Shown: positions 19,128 to 28,771, numbered from the stretch's first letter. The stretch is 64,000 nucleotides of DNA from Candidatus Levybacteria bacterium CG2_30_37_29 (GCA_001873215.1 MNYS01000009.1:3654-67653); one strand, 5' to 3'. Numbers and translations are program-made. The notes: generated by a model from the letters alone, not told the origin.

Positions 19128-20985
19128 CCTTTCAACCCTTAATAAGGAACAAAGAAAAGCAGTAATCTTTACCGAAGGACCAAGTATCGTACTGGCAGGA
19201 GCAGGTTCTGGCAAAACGAAGATTCTGGTTTATAAAACCATTTATCTTATCCAAAAGGGTGTAAGCCCAAACAACATTCTCCTTTCTACTTTTACAAATA
19301 AGGCTGCCGGAGAAATGAAAGAACGAATAAGAAAAATTTTTGCAAAAGAAAAAAACATTCCATGCAATACTTTTCCTACTATTGGCACATTTCATTCTCT
19401 TTGCGTACGTATTTTAAGGCGTCATGGAAAATCTGGAGGAATTTCTTCACATTTTCAAATTTATGACACATCTGATCAACTGGATACATTAAAGAGTGCA
19501 TTTGAAAAAATTGATATCTCACAAAAAAATATCAAGCCAAGAAGCGTTTTACAAACAATTTCTCAGGCAAAAAATCAAATGATTGACCCTCTAGTTTATG
19601 CTTCTTTTGCTCGTGGATATTTTCAGGAAGCGGTTGCAAAGCTTTACCCTGTTTATCAAGATCTGTTGCGTAACCAAGACGCTTTGGACTTTGACGATTT
19701 GCTTCTTGAGACAATAAAGCTTTTGCAAAAAAATCCTGAAATACTTACCTTTTATCAAAAACAATTCTTGTACACATTAGTTGATGAATACCAAGACACC
19801 AATCAAGCACAATATATTCTTACAAAACTTCTTGGAGGGGGAACAAGGAATATTTGTATAGTCGGAGATTTTTCCCAAAGCATCTATTCTTTCAGAGGGG
19901 CAGATTTTCGCAACCTTGAAAAATTTAAGAAAGATTTTCCCGACGCCGCAACATTTCCTCTCTCTCAAAATTACCGCTCTACACAAAAAATATTGGACGC
20001 TGCATATTCTGTAATCTCAAAAAATACGACTCACCCAATTCTTTCTCTTTGGACCGAAAACAGTCAAGGGAAAGACATAAGACTGTATGAGGCAACCAGC
20101 GAACACAATGAGGCAGAATTTATTATTCAAACAATTCTTGAGAAAATTGAAAACGACCCTAAATTTTGTTTTTCAGACGTTGCTGTTTTATACCGTATGA
20201 ACGCACAGTCACGTTCTCTGGAAGAAACTTTTTTACACAACAGCATTCCGTATTTGCTAATTGGAGGAACCAGATTTTATGAACGGAGAGAAGTAAGAGA
20301 CGTGCTTTCATATCTTTCGTATCTTGCAAATCAAAAAAATATGACTGCTTTAAAACGTATAACAAAACTTGGTAAAAAAAGACTTTTGCTTTTTGAAGAA
20401 TATCTTTCTGTCTTTAACGAAAAAAATTATATGGAGAAAAAAAATACTATCGAGTTGCTTGATGAGGTTGTAAAAAAAACTTCATATCTTAACATGTATG
20501 ACCAAGACGATGAAGAAGACAGAAACAGGCTTGAAAACATAAAAGAGTTGAGATCGGTTGCAATAGAATTTCCAAACCTCTTACAATTCTTGGAAAACGT
20601 TGCTCTTGTTGAACAAGAATATCTCCCGGACCTGCCTGCCGGCAGGCAGGTCAAACAGGAAAAACCGGATGCAGTTACCCTTATGACCATGCACGCGGCA
20701 AAAGGATTGGAATTTAGACTTGTTTTTATCGTCGGCATGGAAGAAGGACTTTTTCCGCATGCCCAGTCTCTTCTTAACTCAGGGGAAATTGAAGAAGAAA
20801 GACGGCTTTGCTATGTTGGAATAACACGAGCAAAAGAAGAACTTTTTCTAACTTTTGCAAAAAGGAGGCTTTATTTTGGACAAGTCACATCCAATACTGT
20901 CTCACGGTTTATAATGGAACTTCCTGATGAAGTACTTTCTAAAAATTATATAAATAGATATATTGATGAGCCAAGCTACTTATAA
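19117..20985 (+). CDS. UvrD/PcrA/Rep-family ATP-dependent DNA helicase
   Basis: LNKEQRKAVIF...VLAGAGSGKTKILVYK (Walker A), VDEYQDTN (motif II), TLMTMHAAKGLEF (motif V/VI), VGITRAKEEL. Confidence 0.85.
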   Translation: MKFDLSTLNKEQRKAVIFTEGPSIVLAGAGSGKTKILVYKTIYLIQKGVSPNNILLSTFTNKAAGEMKERIRKIFAKEKNIPCNTFPTIGTFHSLCVRILRRHGKSGGISSHFQIYDTSDQLDTLKSAFEKIDISQKNIKPRSVLQTISQAKNQMIDPLVYASFARGYFQEAVAKLYPVYQDLLRNQDALDFDDLLLETIKLLQKNPEILTFYQKQFLYTLVDEYQDTNQAQYILTKLLGGGTRNICIVGDFSQSIYSFRGADFRNLEKFKKDFPDAATFPLSQNYRSTQKILDAAYSVISKNTTHPILSLWTENSQGKDIRLYEATSEHNEAEFIIQTILEKIENDPKFCFSDVAVLYRMNAQSRSLEETFLHNSIPYLLIGGTRFYERREVRDVLSYLSYLANQKNMTALKRITKLGKKRLLLFEEYLSVFNEKNYMEKKNTIELLDEVVKKTSYLNMYDQDDEEDRNRLENIKELRSVAIEFPNLLQFLENVALVEQEYLPDLPAGRQVKQEKPDAVTLMTMHAAKGLEFRLVFIVGMEEGLFPHAQSLLNSGEIEEERRLCYVGITRAKEELFLTFAKRRLYFGQVTSNTVSRFIMELPDEVLSKNYINRYIDEPSYL

Positions 20986-21087
20986 TTTAAAATTAACAAT
21001 TATAAATTTGAAATGAAATATAAATTTTAAAAATTTAAACATTGAAAATTCAATAAAAATTGAAAATTTAAACATTGAAAATTAATC

Positions 21088-22110
21088 ATGGTTGACTTTA
21101 TTGATATAGACGAAAATAAAAAGGACGATTACAATAATATCGTAAACCACCCATTGCAAAGTTATGAATGGGGAGAATTTAGAAAAAAAACAGGAGCCGG
21201 TATTATCAGACAAGCAAAACTTTCAGGCAAAAAAATTGATGAGGCTTTTTGCCTAACTCTTCATAAAACGCCTTTCTTAAAATCATTTATAGGCTATCTT
21301 CCAAAAGGAAATTTACCGACAAACGAATTACTTACACACTTATTAGAAATCGGGCGAGAAAATAAATGTATTTTTATCCAGCTCGAACCAAACACCACAG
21401 AAATTGAAAATTTAAAATTGAAAATTGAAAATTTAGGCCTTGTGCCTTCGGCCCATCCTCTTTTTACAAAATTCACTTTTATTCTTGACATCACAAAAAA
21501 TGAAGACGAATTATTAAAAGATATGCATCCAAAGACGCGGTACAACATAAAAGTTGCCCAAAAATATGACATTGAAATCGTAGAGGACAATTCCGAAAAA
21601 GGATTTGATGCATACCAAAAATTATTGTGGCAAACAACCAACAGGCAGGGATTTTACGCACACACTCCCGCCTACCACAAAACGCTTTGGGAAACTCTTC
21701 CCAAAACACCGAAAAAAAACGAATTGTCTTATCACCTTTTTCATGCAAAGTATAAAAATGAAACCATAACCTCTTGGGTTCTTTTTGTTTTTGGTGATAC
21801 TCTTTATTATCCTTATGGCGCATCAAGCCGCATACACCGCGAAAAAATGGCGTCAAATCTTTTATGCTGGGAAGCCATTAAGTTTGGGAAGAAACTTGGA
21901 CTTACAAAATTCGATATGTGGGGAGCGCTTGGACCAAATCCGGACAAAAATGACCCGTGGTATGGATTTCATAGATTTAAAGAAGGGTACGGAGGAAAAC
22001 TGACGGAATTTGTAGGAAGTTATGACCTTGTTATAAATCCTGTTTTATACCAGACATATAAAGTCGCTGACAAGCTCCGTTGGGCCGCTCTTAAATTTAA
22101 AAAGCGTTAA
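21088..22110 (+). CDS. FemAB-family peptidoglycan aminoacyl-transferase (FemX-like, no coiled-coil insert)
   Basis: C-terminal half aligns with S. aureus FemA: YYPYGASS...ASNLLCWEAIKFGKKLGLTKFDMWGA...GFHRFKEGYGGKLTEFVGSYDLVINPVLY versus FemA YYAGGTSNA...AVQWEMINYALNHGIDRYNFYGV...KFKKGYNAEIIEYVGDFIKPINKPVY. Confidence 0.8.
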   Translation: MVDFIDIDENKKDDYNNIVNHPLQSYEWGEFRKKTGAGIIRQAKLSGKKIDEAFCLTLHKTPFLKSFIGYLPKGNLPTNELLTHLLEIGRENKCIFIQLEPNTTEIENLKLKIENLGLVPSAHPLFTKFTFILDITKNEDELLKDMHPKTRYNIKVAQKYDIEIVEDNSEKGFDAYQKLLWQTTNRQGFYAHTPAYHKTLWETLPKTPKKNELSYHLFHAKYKNETITSWVLFVFGDTLYYPYGASSRIHREKMASNLLCWEAIKFGKKLGLTKFDMWGALGPNPDKNDPWYGFHRFKEGYGGKLTEFVGSYDLVINPVLYQTYKVADKLRWAALKFKKR

Positions 22111-22112
22111 GC

Positions 22113-22640
22113 TCAAATTCTGTAGAGATAAATTTTGTTTTTTTTGTCTTCTGAAATCTGTTTTAATGGAACTTTATATTTTAAGCTTACAATTTTTGTC
22201 CCTGGTTTTAATTCCTTTTTTAATTTTGGCATAATTCTTGTAATAACCGCCGGAACTAAGTAAAAATATATAACTGTCGCATCAGACAAATTCACTTTCT
22301 TAAAATCTTGGCGAATAAATTTAGCGTTTGAAACATTACTCATTTGTTTTCTAAAGGTAGAAACAAAATATCGCGTGTAATCAATTTCAATTCCGGTTGC
22401 CTTTTTTGCCCTAAACTCATTTGCTGCAGTTAAAATAAATTCTCCGTCCCCGCTTCCCAATTCGTAGACAATATCGTGTCTTGAAATTTTCGCAAGTCGG
22501 CATGCGGCTCTTGCTATTTTTCTATTTGTCCTCCACCAAGGAGACCACGGACTGTCAGGAGGCCACACAAACGATAAAACTAAAAGAAGGAAAAAAATAA
22601 ATGCAAAAAGAATAACATCTATAAGGATAGACACATTCAT
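22113..22640 (-). CDS. Class I SAM-dependent methyltransferase with N-terminal TM anchor
   Basis: VYELGSGDGEF (motif I, GxGxG), about 175 aa; overlaps the upstream peptidase gene by 4 bp, suggesting an operon. Confidence 0.6.
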   Translation of the reverse strand: MNVSILIDVILFAFIFFLLLVLSFVWPPDSPWSPWWRTNRKIARAACRLAKISRHDIVYELGSGDGEFILTAANEFRAKKATGIEIDYTRYFVSTFRKQMSNVSNAKFIRQDFKKVNLSDATVIYFYLVPAVITRIMPKLKKELKPGTKIVSLKYKVPLKQISEDKKNKIYLYRI

Positions 22641-22936
22641 ATTTTGAAAATCACCTTCCCAAGTATATTTTTTGTCGACAGATATCCAAAGCTACGACTG
22701 TCAGTGCTTTCTTTTTTATTATCCCCAATAACAAAAATTTCATTCTGATCAATTCTTTGAATACGCTTAATAAGTTTATTTTTATGAAACTTGCATATAA
22801 CAACGTCGTTTATTCTCGGCTTAAACATTATATATGCCCAAACAAATACAAGTACTTTTTCTCCATTTAAAAATGCAGGCGCCATACTATTTCCTGAGAT
22901 TTGATAAACAAAAAAAGGGGATATTTTTTTAAACAC
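22637..22936 (-). CDS. S26-family signal-peptidase-like protease, SodX-type putative NiSOD maturation peptidase
   Basis: SGNSMAPAF (catalytic Ser box), KRIQRID (Lys box), VIGDNKKESTDSRSFG (box E GDNxxxSxDSR). Only 99 aa, and immediately downstream of sodN, as sodX is in Streptomyces. Confidence 0.65.
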   Translation of the reverse strand: MFKKISPFFVYQISGNSMAPAFLNGEKVLVFVWAYIMFKPRINDVVICKFHKNKLIKRIQRIDQNEIFVIGDNKKESTDSRSFGYLSTKNILGKVIFKI

Positions 22937-22944
22937 AACAGTTG

Positions 22945-23367
22945 TTAAATTTTTGAAGCGGAAAAAATATTTGCAATTTCATCAACTGCACGGATAAGTT
23001 CTTGTGCACTGATTTCATCAACCGTCTGTTTATTTTTTGAGCATAATTTTGCCGCATTCCAAAACCTTTCATGCATATCCGGAGCTCTTCCCAAGTGTTC
23101 GGGCTTGAAATAGTCCGTCCATAAAATTAGTAATTCTTCTTTGCATTTTTGGGCGTGAACATCTTTTGTCAAAACCATACGAACAAAAGAATTCCTGTCA
23201 TTAACCGATGGGTTTTCCGTTGGCAATTCTTTTATTTTCTGAACCATTTTAAGAACTGTTGCGGCTGCAATCTGCGCAGGTTTTGGATCATAGATTCCAC
23301 ACGGAACATCACAGTGTGCATAACAGATTTCATGGGGGAAAATTTTATATAAGAATTTAAAATTCAT
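22945..23367 (-). CDS. sodN: Nickel superoxide dismutase precursor
   Basis: Ni-hook HCDVPCGIYDP (His-Cys-x-x-Pro-Cys-Gly-x-Tyr) preceded by a 17-aa leader (MNFKFLYKIFPHEICYA) that must be removed to expose His1; about 120-aa four-helix body. Confidence 0.85.
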   Translation of the reverse strand: MNFKFLYKIFPHEICYAHCDVPCGIYDPKPAQIAAATVLKMVQKIKELPTENPSVNDRNSFVRMVLTKDVHAQKCKEELLILWTDYFKPEHLGRAPDMHERFWNAAKLCSKNKQTVDEISAQELIRAVDEIANIFSASKI

Positions 23368-23407
23368 ATTAATACACTAACATAACAGTTATTCAATTTC
23401 AATATTT

Positions 23408-24226
23408 TTACTTGCAGATTGTATGTGCTCCACTCAATGCTTCAGTTAATCTACCTGGATCAAGCTGATATTTGTCTATTAGGTCATTTTCGGAATGATC
23501 AAGTAAGTCGCAGGAAAGAATAATATTATTTTGTAATAAACGCTGTTTTTCACCAAGCGTCAAAGATGGAAGAATTGTCACAGGATACATTTTAGGACTT
23601 TCGACAAAAGCCTGTAGGCTTTTTTCTTCAGGATAATTCCACGCAAGAATTTTCATATTTTTACACCTTGCGTATGAAATTGCATCAGTTGTAAGCTTAG
23701 TATTTGTGATAACCCAAACATCGCTTATATCATTTTTTACCTTCACATCAAGATAACGAGCATACATATATAGCATTACTTGTACATCTGTTTTTCCAAT
23801 TTGTTGGTTATGAAATTTTGCCTCAACAATTTCTTTTTTGCCGTCTTTTTCCAAAACCAAATCAATTTCATGTGTCACACATTCTCCTCGCATCGGAACA
23901 TCAACAATTGTCTTATACCCTTCATGGGTAAAAATCCGCGCCAAAAATCTTTCAAAAGGAAAACCTGTTGGTCCAAGCTCAAAAACTGCCTGACGAAGAT
24001 TAAATTTAAGTGATGATTTTGTGTCTTTCTTTTCTAAAAATTCCAGAATGTGTGTAAAAACTTCATGAGTTGAAACTTCTCCATGAAGCTTCTCTTCTAT
24101 GTGCTGGAGTGCCTTCTCTTGCAATTCTTGAGGAACCCCAACTCTTTGCATGGAGTGAATAACTTTTTCTCGCGAATAAGGCTCGGCTTCTCCATTTTTT
24201 TTAATAACCACAATACCTTTATCCAT
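23408..24226 (-). CDS. ATP-cone domain fused to Mrr-like restriction-endonuclease catalytic domain
   Basis: N-terminus VIKKNGEAEPYSREKVIHSM resembles the NrdR/RNR ATP-cone; middle FERFLARIFTHEGYKTIVDVPMRGECVTHEIDLVL...VEAKFH fits the Mrr_cat (PD-(D/E)xK) pattern. Confidence 0.5.
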   Translation of the reverse strand: MDKGIVVIKKNGEAEPYSREKVIHSMQRVGVPQELQEKALQHIEEKLHGEVSTHEVFTHILEFLEKKDTKSSLKFNLRQAVFELGPTGFPFERFLARIFTHEGYKTIVDVPMRGECVTHEIDLVLEKDGKKEIVEAKFHNQQIGKTDVQVMLYMYARYLDVKVKNDISDVWVITNTKLTTDAISYARCKNMKILAWNYPEEKSLQAFVESPKMYPVTILPSLTLGEKQRLLQNNIILSCDLLDHSENDLIDKYQLDPGRLTEALSGAHTICK

Positions 24227-24271
24227 ATATATTTAGAATATCACATTCAATTCATGTGATACAATTGTCGC

Positions 24272-25111
24272 GTGAAGAAAATTGTTTCAATTATATACGT
24301 CTATTACAACACCCCAAATGAGCTAACTTCATCCTTGAACTCTATAAAAAAAGCTATCGGAAAATATTCTTATGAAATAATAATTGTAGATAATGATTCT
24401 CCTAAAAAATTGCCCACTAATCTTTTAAAAAATACAGAACTAAAAGTTATATATAGCGCAAAAAATATTGGGTTTGGGAAAGCTGCAAATTTAGCTGCAA
24501 AAAAAGCACAAGGACAATATCTTCTTGTAACAAACCCCGATGTCATTTTTGGGGAAAATTCAATTAAAAAACTTATTGAGGAAGCCGGGCTTGAAAAAAA
24601 ATTGGGAGCTCTTGCGCCGCAACAACTAGACACTCACGGAAATATTCTTCAAAGCATAGGCGGCGCACCCTTCTTGCCGGACGGACTTTTTGTATTTTCT
24701 TTTATTAACAAGCTGTTTCCACAAAACAAATATTCTAAAAGGTATTGGTTGCCTGACCTAGATAGAACCAAAAAACAAGAAGTTGAAACGCTGGGAGGTG
24801 CTTGTATTCTTTTCCCAAAAATGGTTTTTTTAAAATTAAAAGGATTTGATCCACGTTTTTTTATGTATTTTGAAGAAGCCGATATCTGCTATCGAATAAG
24901 AAAATTAAATCTTAAACTCATATACCTGCCAGACGCAAAAGTCACACACCTTGTTGGAAGAAGTACCCAAGACAAAAAATTCATACAAAAGACATTTGAA
25001 AAAAGCAGATATAAATTTTTTGAAAAATACCACGGAATACTTCCTGCTATTCTTGCGGAACTTTTTCTACGGCTGTCTTCGCGTATTGTACAAAAGAAGA
25101 TGCTACAATAA
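24272..25111 (+). CDS. Family 2 glycosyltransferase
   Basis: SIIYVYYN...EIIIVDNDSP (DxD-type GT-A N-terminal signature), about 280 aa. Confidence 0.75.
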   Translation: MKKIVSIIYVYYNTPNELTSSLNSIKKAIGKYSYEIIIVDNDSPKKLPTNLLKNTELKVIYSAKNIGFGKAANLAAKKAQGQYLLVTNPDVIFGENSIKKLIEEAGLEKKLGALAPQQLDTHGNILQSIGGAPFLPDGLFVFSFINKLFPQNKYSKRYWLPDLDRTKKQEVETLGGACILFPKMVFLKLKGFDPRFFMYFEEADICYRIRKLNLKLIYLPDAKVTHLVGRSTQDKKFIQKTFEKSRYKFFEKYHGILPAILAELFLRLSSRIVQKKMLQ

Positions 25112-25117
25112 TTTTAA

Positions 25118-26029
25118 ATGAAAAAGTTATACCTCTCTGTTTTGGCAGTAGTACTCGTTTTAGCCGTTTTTCAAAGAAACTTCATTCTTAAAAGCTTTGA
25201 TAGTTTTTATTATAGATCCACATGCGATACCCCTATTCACTATAAAACGGGCTTTATTGACAAGAGGTTTAATATTTCAGAAAATGAATTTCTAGCTGAC
25301 ATACAACAGGCAACAAACTTATGGGGAGTATTTGCGCAAAAAGATTTATTTGTCCCGGATCCAAAAGGAACTTTGGTAATAAATTTGGTTTTTGACAAGC
25401 GACAAGCACTGAATAATCAAATAAGCCAGCTTGAAAATACTCTTGAAAGTAAAAAAAGCCAGATTAATCCTGAAATCGCACAATATGAAAAAGATGTGGA
25501 AGACTTCAAGCGCCGGTCAAACAGTCTAAATGAAGAAATAATAAGCTGGAACAATAAAGGCGGCGCTCCGCCCGAAGTTTTTAACCGGCTTACCAAAGAT
25601 CAAAAGTCCTTGCAGGAAGATGCGGCAAGACTCAATGCAACGGCTGATAGACTTAACCAAACAACAAATCTTTTTAATGTAGACGTTGGGAAACTAAATG
25701 AAACAGTAAGTACTTTCAACCAAGCTCTTGCAAAAAGGCCGGAAGAAGGACTCTATGACGGGCGGCAAAACGAAATTTATATTTACTTTCTTACAGACAA
25801 AAACGAGCTTATCCACACACTTGCTCACGAGTTAGGACATGCATTAAGTCTTAATCACGCAATAAATACAGATTCAATTATGTATCCGTACACAACAAAA
25901 ACGATTATGCTATCAAGCGAGGACAGAAAAGCGCTTCAAAAGCTTTGCGCAAAACAAAGCCTTTTTGAGATATTTGTAAAACGGGTGGAAGTTGTGATAG
26001 AAAATTTAAGAAACGCAAAAACAAATTGA
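25118..26029 (+). CDS. Secreted zinc metalloprotease, matrixin/M10-like (HExxHxxxxxH)
   Basis: Signal peptide, central coiled-coil, then HTLAHELGHALSLNHAINTDSIMYP (HExxHxxxxxH plus Met-turn). Confidence 0.7.
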   Translation: MKKLYLSVLAVVLVLAVFQRNFILKSFDSFYYRSTCDTPIHYKTGFIDKRFNISENEFLADIQQATNLWGVFAQKDLFVPDPKGTLVINLVFDKRQALNNQISQLENTLESKKSQINPEIAQYEKDVEDFKRRSNSLNEEIISWNNKGGAPPEVFNRLTKDQKSLQEDAARLNATADRLNQTTNLFNVDVGKLNETVSTFNQALAKRPEEGLYDGRQNEIYIYFLTDKNELIHTLAHELGHALSLNHAINTDSIMYPYTTKTIMLSSEDRKALQKLCAKQSLFEIFVKRVEVVIENLRNAKTN

Positions 26030-26037
26030 CTTCACTT

Positions 26038-27276
26038 TCAGAGAAATATCAATACTCCCAAAAAATTGATAATTATTCCAAAAAACATGACTATTAACAG
26101 CACGGGCCTAGAAAGATACGGCATTGATAAAATTAAACATAACAAAAGCAGAGGAAACACGTCGAAAAAGTAACGGTTGCCAAATTGTATCCAGCCGGTT
26201 CCACAATAAAACATCAAGAACACAAACGTAATCAATGCTGTTACTCCCGCAATTACCAAAAACTGACGTTTTTTTGCATCAAGTTGTTTTCGTTTGAAAA
26301 AAAGAATTATCGGCAATAATATTGATGGATAAACCATCAAAACACTATTCCCTTCGGGGTCAATCTTAAATATATTCAGCAGATAATAATATATATTATG
26401 CCAAACGTACTTAACTGATAGAAAATTACCGCTTTTCACAATTGCATCAAAGCGCGGGCTCCCTTCCACAAAACGCGCACCAGTTTCAAAAACATTCTGA
26501 AATTTAAGGTAATTATAAAATCCAGCAAAACAAACAAAAAAGGTTACGATTACACAAGAAAAAACAATCATCCTTTGCGATATCTTTTTCTTTCTGATCT
26601 TGCTATCCAAAAAAATATAGATAAACAGTAAACCATGAAAGAGTAAGCTTGCGCGTGCTAGAGATGAAAGAGAAAAAAATACAACCGATAGAATAATATA
26701 GCTTTCTTTGTGTGAATTCAGATATTTCAAAAAAAAGAAATAAAATAATAATAGAAACGTTATCGCAAAAATTTGATTTGTAAACCAGATAGATCCAGTT
26801 AATGAAAGAAAAAAATTTGGAGAAGCAAAAGCGAAGCTTATGATAACAAATAGCTCTGCCATAAGCGCAAGAGATAAATGAAAATAATGCTTCATCTCTT
26901 TAATACATAGATAGACCAAAATGACATTCGTAAATCCGCCCAGCATGGTAAAAAGTACGTCGCTGGTTTTAAGTCCCCATATCAAATAGAATGGCCAAAT
27001 AAACAATAAAGGGGCCGGTCCCCAAGATAAATACCACTTATCATGGAATAATGAAAGATCATATGTGTTTGGCGTAATTACGTTTACGCGTCCATGCATG
27101 AATGCATCAAGCAAATATGTGTAGTAGTTTGTGGAGGAAGGCGCAAAAACATTGTTTACAAGAAGTGTTGAAAAAGAATAGTATATGATGCCAATTATCA
27201 GACAAACCAACCATGGTATTGCATTCCTATATCGCCGAAAGAGAGATGGAATTGAAGAATTATCTAAATTTTGCAT
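26038..27276 (-). CDS. Polytopic membrane protein (possible GT-C-like glycosyltransferase), unknown function
   Basis: About 11 TM helices, no soluble catalytic motif recognised. Confidence 0.35.
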   Translation of the reverse strand: MQNLDNSSIPSLFRRYRNAIPWLVCLIIGIIYYSFSTLLVNNVFAPSSTNYYTYLLDAFMHGRVNVITPNTYDLSLFHDKWYLSWGPAPLLFIWPFYLIWGLKTSDVLFTMLGGFTNVILVYLCIKEMKHYFHLSLALMAELFVIISFAFASPNFFLSLTGSIWFTNQIFAITFLLLFYFFFLKYLNSHKESYIILSVVFFSLSSLARASLLFHGLLFIYIFLDSKIRKKKISQRMIVFSCVIVTFFVCFAGFYNYLKFQNVFETGARFVEGSPRFDAIVKSGNFLSVKYVWHNIYYYLLNIFKIDPEGNSVLMVYPSILLPIILFFKRKQLDAKKRQFLVIAGVTALITFVFLMFYCGTGWIQFGNRYFFDVFPLLLLCLILSMPYLSRPVLLIVMFFGIIINFLGVLIFL

Positions 27277-27375
27277 CTTATTTATTTTATCCTAGTTTAT
27301 CAACAAATTAAGCTTTGTTATCACATACTAAGCTTTGAAAGCTAAAAAATCTCAACTTGTTGCTATACTTAATTT

Positions 27376-28065
27376 ATGGTTTTATGGATTTTTTTATTGC
27401 TCGAGCTTCTGATTCTTTTTTTAACATCAAAGTCCATAATCCAAGCGCTTTATACAATTTTTTTTATGTTTTTTAGAAAAAAAGAGCTTGCAATGATTCC
27501 CATCTACTTACTTTTCTTTCCAGGAGTGGTAATTCATGAACTCTCCCATTTTCTGGTTGCTGAGATACTTTTTGTCCATGTGTATGACATAAATTTGATT
27601 CCTCAAATCAAGGAAGGAAAAATAAGGCTTGGAAATGTTCAGATAAGAAAAACGGATATCCTTCGCCGTCTTATTATCGGAGCGGCACCTGTAATCGCGG
27701 GAATTTTTATTCTTTTTATTATTCTAACTTATTTTGTAGGCAATTTTGAAATAAGCTTATCACCTATAAATATTTCAAAAACTTTATTAATAGCTTGGTC
27801 TTTATTTGCTATAACAAACACAATGTTCTCAAGTAAAAAAGATATGGAAGGATTTATTGAGTTTTCAGCAATTGGGGGATTTTTTCTTCTTGTGATTATA
27901 TTGGCTTCTATTATCGGCGGAATTGATTTTATGTCCCCTGTTTTATCATTTTTAAATAATTCTGTAATTCAAGCAGAAGTTAAAAAAATATCAGCGCTTT
28001 TTCTTATACCTCTTTTTATTAATTCTTTCTTCTTCTTATGCTCAAAAGTCCTTATTAGGAGATAG
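27376..28065 (+). CDS. Putative intramembrane zinc metalloprotease (HExxH within a TM helix)
   Basis: VVIHELSHFLVAE embedded in a hydrophobic helix; 5-6 TM helices; M50/S2P-like arrangement. Confidence 0.35.
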   Translation: MVLWIFLLLELLILFLTSKSIIQALYTIFFMFFRKKELAMIPIYLLFFPGVVIHELSHFLVAEILFVHVYDINLIPQIKEGKIRLGNVQIRKTDILRRLIIGAAPVIAGIFILFIILTYFVGNFEISLSPINISKTLLIAWSLFAITNTMFSSKKDMEGFIEFSAIGGFFLLVIILASIIGGIDFMSPVLSFLNNSVIQAEVKKISALFLIPLFINSFFFLCSKVLIRR

Positions 28066-28138
28066 ATTGCGTTTGTTTGCTTGAACATTAATAAAACCTT
28101 GCTACTGAGTGTTGTAGGCGATGTTCGAACTTTTTACG

Positions 28139-28648
28139 TTAATCAAAATTAATAGCCAATCTTATCATGTCTCTGCATTCAATACCATTTTCCATTATTT
28201 TCTCTTTATAGTTTTTCACAAAAAAATCTTTGTCTATCCCTATAATTCTAAAGCCACATTTTTGATAAAGAGAGAGCTGAGATAAACTTGAATTTCCCGT
28301 TCCGACTTCAACACGCTTTGCATTCTGTTTTTTGAGCCGTTCTATTACATCCTCAACTAACTTTTTACCTATTCCCTTGTTTTGATATTGTTCGTCGACA
28401 GCTAAGTTTTTCAATTCAACAGTATCATTAGCTTCTTTTGTTAATACGTACTCGCCGACAAGAACAGTATCTTTATATGCAAGAAATATTTCTCCGTGAT
28501 CGATGTATTTTTGTACATTTTCACGGGAAGGATCTGCAAGAAGTAATAAATTCCATGGAATAATATCTGTTATCTCTTTTTTACGAATTATTAATTCATC
28601 CATTCTGACAAGCATTATAAATCTTTTAGGGAAAGTCCCAAAGAGCAA
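28139..28648 (-). CDS. GNAT-family N-acetyltransferase
   Basis: LKNLAVDEQYQNKGIGKKLVEDVIERL (motif A, Q/RxxGxG/A). Confidence 0.8.
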   Translation of the reverse strand: MLFGTFPKRFIMLVRMDELIIRKKEITDIIPWNLLLLADPSRENVQKYIDHGEIFLAYKDTVLVGEYVLTKEANDTVELKNLAVDEQYQNKGIGKKLVEDVIERLKKQNAKRVEVGTGNSSLSQLSLYQKCGFRIIGIDKDFFVKNYKEKIMENGIECRDMIRLAINFD

Positions 28649-28684
28649 TCTCCCCTTGAAAAAAACGAAACAATTTTAGATGTG

Positions 28685-28771
28685 CGGAGAGGGTGGGATT
28701 CGAACCCACGGTGAACTTGCGTCCACAGAGGTTTTCAAGACCTCCGCACTAGGCCACTATGCGACCTCTCC
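28685..28771 (-). tRNA. tRNA-Ser (anticodon TGA)
   Basis: Manual fold of the reverse complement GGAGAGGTCGCATAGTGGCCTAGTGCGGAGGTCTTGAAAACCTCTGTGGACGCAAGTTCACCGTGGGTTCGAATCCCACCCTCTCCG: 7-bp acceptor, anticodon loop CTTGAAA, long variable arm, T-loop TTCGAAT, discriminator G. Confidence 0.85.
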
